Below, piece after piece: positions 52,528-54,417 of a DNA stretch of 54,417 bases. The position numbers were made by a program, and so were the translations under genes. Within the stretch, counting starts at the first letter, position 1. Each line of letters opens with the position of its first letter. The notes under the pieces are model-generated. The model was given only the letters and a program-made list of their open reading frames with translations. It made no database searches and was not told the origin of the DNA. The DNA comes from Minisyncoccia bacterium (GTDB taxonomy: Bacteria > Patescibacteriota > Minisyncoccia > Phycocordibacterales > UBA9973): positions 1 to 54,417 of the forward strand of contig JBGQKV010000001.1 of NCBI GenBank assembly GCA_041499755.1. The letters are read 5' to 3'.

Positions 52528-54417
52528 ATGTATACAACAAAATGCATTCGTTCTTTGTTTGTCTTTACTATTATCTTTATCAGCATTCTTTGTTTTTCTC
52601 ATAACGCTTTCGCTTATACTACAATCACAGACGACATATCTGCAAATACTACATGGAATCTTGCCGGGAGCCCATATGTCGTGAGTAATTTTATTTTTGT
52701 TGATCCAGGGGTTACTCTTACTATTCAGCCAGGCGTTATCGTGAAGTTTGATCTTTACGCGATGATTGATGTTTTAGGCACTTTGACTGCGAATGGTACT
52801 AGTGCGCAAAAAATCAAGTTTACTTCTTTTTTTGATGATTCCGTAGGTGGAGATACAAATGGAGACGGCTCTGCCACAGATCCATACCCGGGTGTTTGGA
52901 ACGGTATTTCTTTTGATTACGCCGAAGGCGCAACGTTTTCATACTCGGAGATTTCTTTTACTTACTTTGGCCTGAGTTTTTCGGGTTCAGATGGAACACT
53001 TACAAATATTAAATCGCGGAATAATAGCCATGATTTAGAGCTTTGGGATGGTAGCGATGTTTCAGTTTCCAACGCCGACCTTCTTGGTTCACAGTATGAA
53101 TCTATTTTTGTCGCGGACAGTACTTTAACCGCTGACCACATTGTGCTTGATCAAAGTCAGAATTATCAAGGACTAGACATTTCTCACAGCGATGTGACGT
53201 TGAATGATTCTGTCATAAAGAATATGCATTTTTCCAGTGAGCAAGCTATCGCGGCGGAGGGTCCAGGGACACTGTCTTTAAACAACACTATTGTCGGTAA
53301 TTCTTGGACGGGACTTGTTGCGTATAGCGGTGAGATTGTAAATCTCACAGATTCAGTCTTAGATGGGAATGGCGACACGATCCAGACTTGGGGAGAGTCC
53401 ACATTTAATATTAATAATTCTAGCCTACAGAATGCTGTCTTTGCCGGTATTGACGACTATGGAGAAGGGGAAACATACAATATAAATAACAGCCAAATTA
53501 TCGGTAACGATGTTGGGGTATATATCTGGCCTTGGTCAATGCAGTCTGTTTTTAATATTTCCGATTCTGTTATTATGAACAATGCCTCTTATGGCGTTTG
53601 GAATAATGACACAGATTATGATGTTGATTTTCGTAATACTTGGTGGGGTGATACTACCGGACCAATGAATTCTGTCTCAAACCCGGCTGGTCTAGGCAAT
53701 CAAGTCTCCAACAATGTCCTTTTTGACCCATGGTGCACAGATTCTGCTTGCACACCAGTTGCGCCTGCCCACACACCAGTTCTTATCGTGCCTGGTATTG
53801 CAGGTACAGAGCTTTTTAACGGCACAGATTTAATATGGGCGGATTTGACACAAATGTTTTGGAGTATCGGCGACCAGTTTTTTAGCGATAATTTAATTCT
53901 TGACAGTGATGGAAATTCTTATGGGGCAGTAAGTATAGGAAATGCAATTGAGAAAATTCCTAACATACCCGTCAACTTTAGTATTTTTAGCGTAAATATT
54001 TTTGACGGTTTAAAATCAGCCTTGGAAACTAATGGTTATGTATTAAACCAAGACTTATTTTATTTTCCATACGATTGGCGTTTGAATTTGGGAAGTACGA
54101 AAGATTTATTAAATCAGAGGATTGAGGAAATTAAAACAGAAACTGGTTCGTCAAAAGTAGATATCATCGCCCATAGTATGGGAGGCCTTCTAGTGAAAGA
54201 TTATATTCAAAGCCACGGAGGGAATAGTATTAGTAAATTGATTTTTATTGGTATCCCGCATCTTGGCGCGCCGAAAGCGGCAAAGATTCTACTTAATGGC
54301 GACAACTTAAGTATTCCTTGGCTTAATCAAGACCGGGTAAAAGAAGTAGCCAGCAATTCCCCAGCAGTTTATGAGCTCTTACCGAATCCGACATATTTTT
54401 CAAGTTTTACCGGCTAC
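52528..54417 (+). CDS. secreted right-handed beta-helix repeat protein fused to an LCAT/lipase-like alpha/beta hydrolase, 3'-truncated at window edge
   Basis: Read by hand as 630 codons with no stop. It is absent from the ORF track because the stop lies outside the window. Signal peptide, N.S.I.N-type beta-helix repeats, then PVLIVPGIAGTEL and AHSMGG (nucleophile elbow) motifs. Confidence 0.75.
   Translation, partial: MYTTKCIRSLFVFTIIFISILCFSHNAFAYTTITDDISANTTWNLAGSPYVVSNFIFVDPGVTLTIQPGVIVKFDLYAMIDVLGTLTANGTSAQKIKFTSFFDDSVGGDTNGDGSATDPYPGVWNGISFDYAEGATFSYSEISFTYFGLSFSGSDGTLTNIKSRNNSHDLELWDGSDVSVSNADLLGSQYESIFVADSTLTADHIVLDQSQNYQGLDISHSDVTLNDSVIKNMHFSSEQAIAAEGPGTLSLNNTIVGNSWTGLVAYSGEIVNLTDSVLDGNGDTIQTWGESTFNINNSSLQNAVFAGIDDYGEGETYNINNSQIIGNDVGVYIWPWSMQSVFNISDSVIMNNASYGVWNNDTDYDVDFRNTWWGDTTGPMNSVSNPAGLGNQVSNNVLFDPWCTDSACTPVAPAHTPVLIVPGIAGTELFNGTDLIWADLTQMFWSIGDQFFSDNLILDSDGNSYGAVSIGNAIEKIPNIPVNFSIFSVNIFDGLKSALETNGYVLNQDLFYFPYDWRLNLGSTKDLLNQRIEEIKTETGSSKVDIIAHSMGGLLVKDYIQSHGGNSISKLIFIGIPHLGAPKAAKILLNGDNLSIPWLNQDRVKEVASNSPAVYELLPNPTYFSSFTGY

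Noticed and set aside
53184-53402. 72-aa minus-strand ORF in the ORF track.
   Set aside because: It lies antisense within the long uninterrupted plus-strand ORF at 52528-54417, which has clear signal-peptide, beta-helix and lipase motifs.

Overview
Manual, tool-free reading. The window is a gene-dense, AT-leaning bacterial segment. Its content resembles a reduced-genome Patescibacteria/CPR (Parcubacteria-like) organism; that placement is an inference from gene content. Standard genetic code: TGA is used as a stop in several ATGA overlaps. Most genes are housekeeping: ruvA, rpsT, rlmB-like, ruvX, pilMNO, rluA-like, rplS, secE-nusG-rplK, murB, glyA, thyA-folA, tmk, dut, argS, a Pif1-type helicase and seven tRNAs. 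Accessory content: (1) A surface module at 3985-14839: a 2003-aa protein with 15 tandem ~90-aa domains, an 1171-aa cadherin-like protein with a peptidoglycan-binding tail, and a CAP-domain protein. (2) A mannoside-phosphorylase (GH130) operon containing an unknown ORF and a polylysine-tailed enzyme. (3) An AT-rich orphan gene on the opposite strand. (4) A thymidylate-cycle supercluster beside a YhhQ/RibD_C/CofE-like trio. The signals I rank highest are: a 118-nt tRNA-like structured element packed between tRNA-Val and tRNA-Arg; protein-conserved but synonymously scrambled repeats in the giant gene; a recurrent extended -10 element placed 6-7 nt before start codons, implying widespread leaderless mRNAs; and a GIY-YIG gene fused to tRNA-Ser and flanked by tRNA 3'-end fragments. 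Two edge-truncated ORFs are incompletely represented in the ORF track: 3-1079 (listed only from 81) and 52528-54417 (absent). No CRISPR array, reverse transcriptase, integrase or rRNA was seen.
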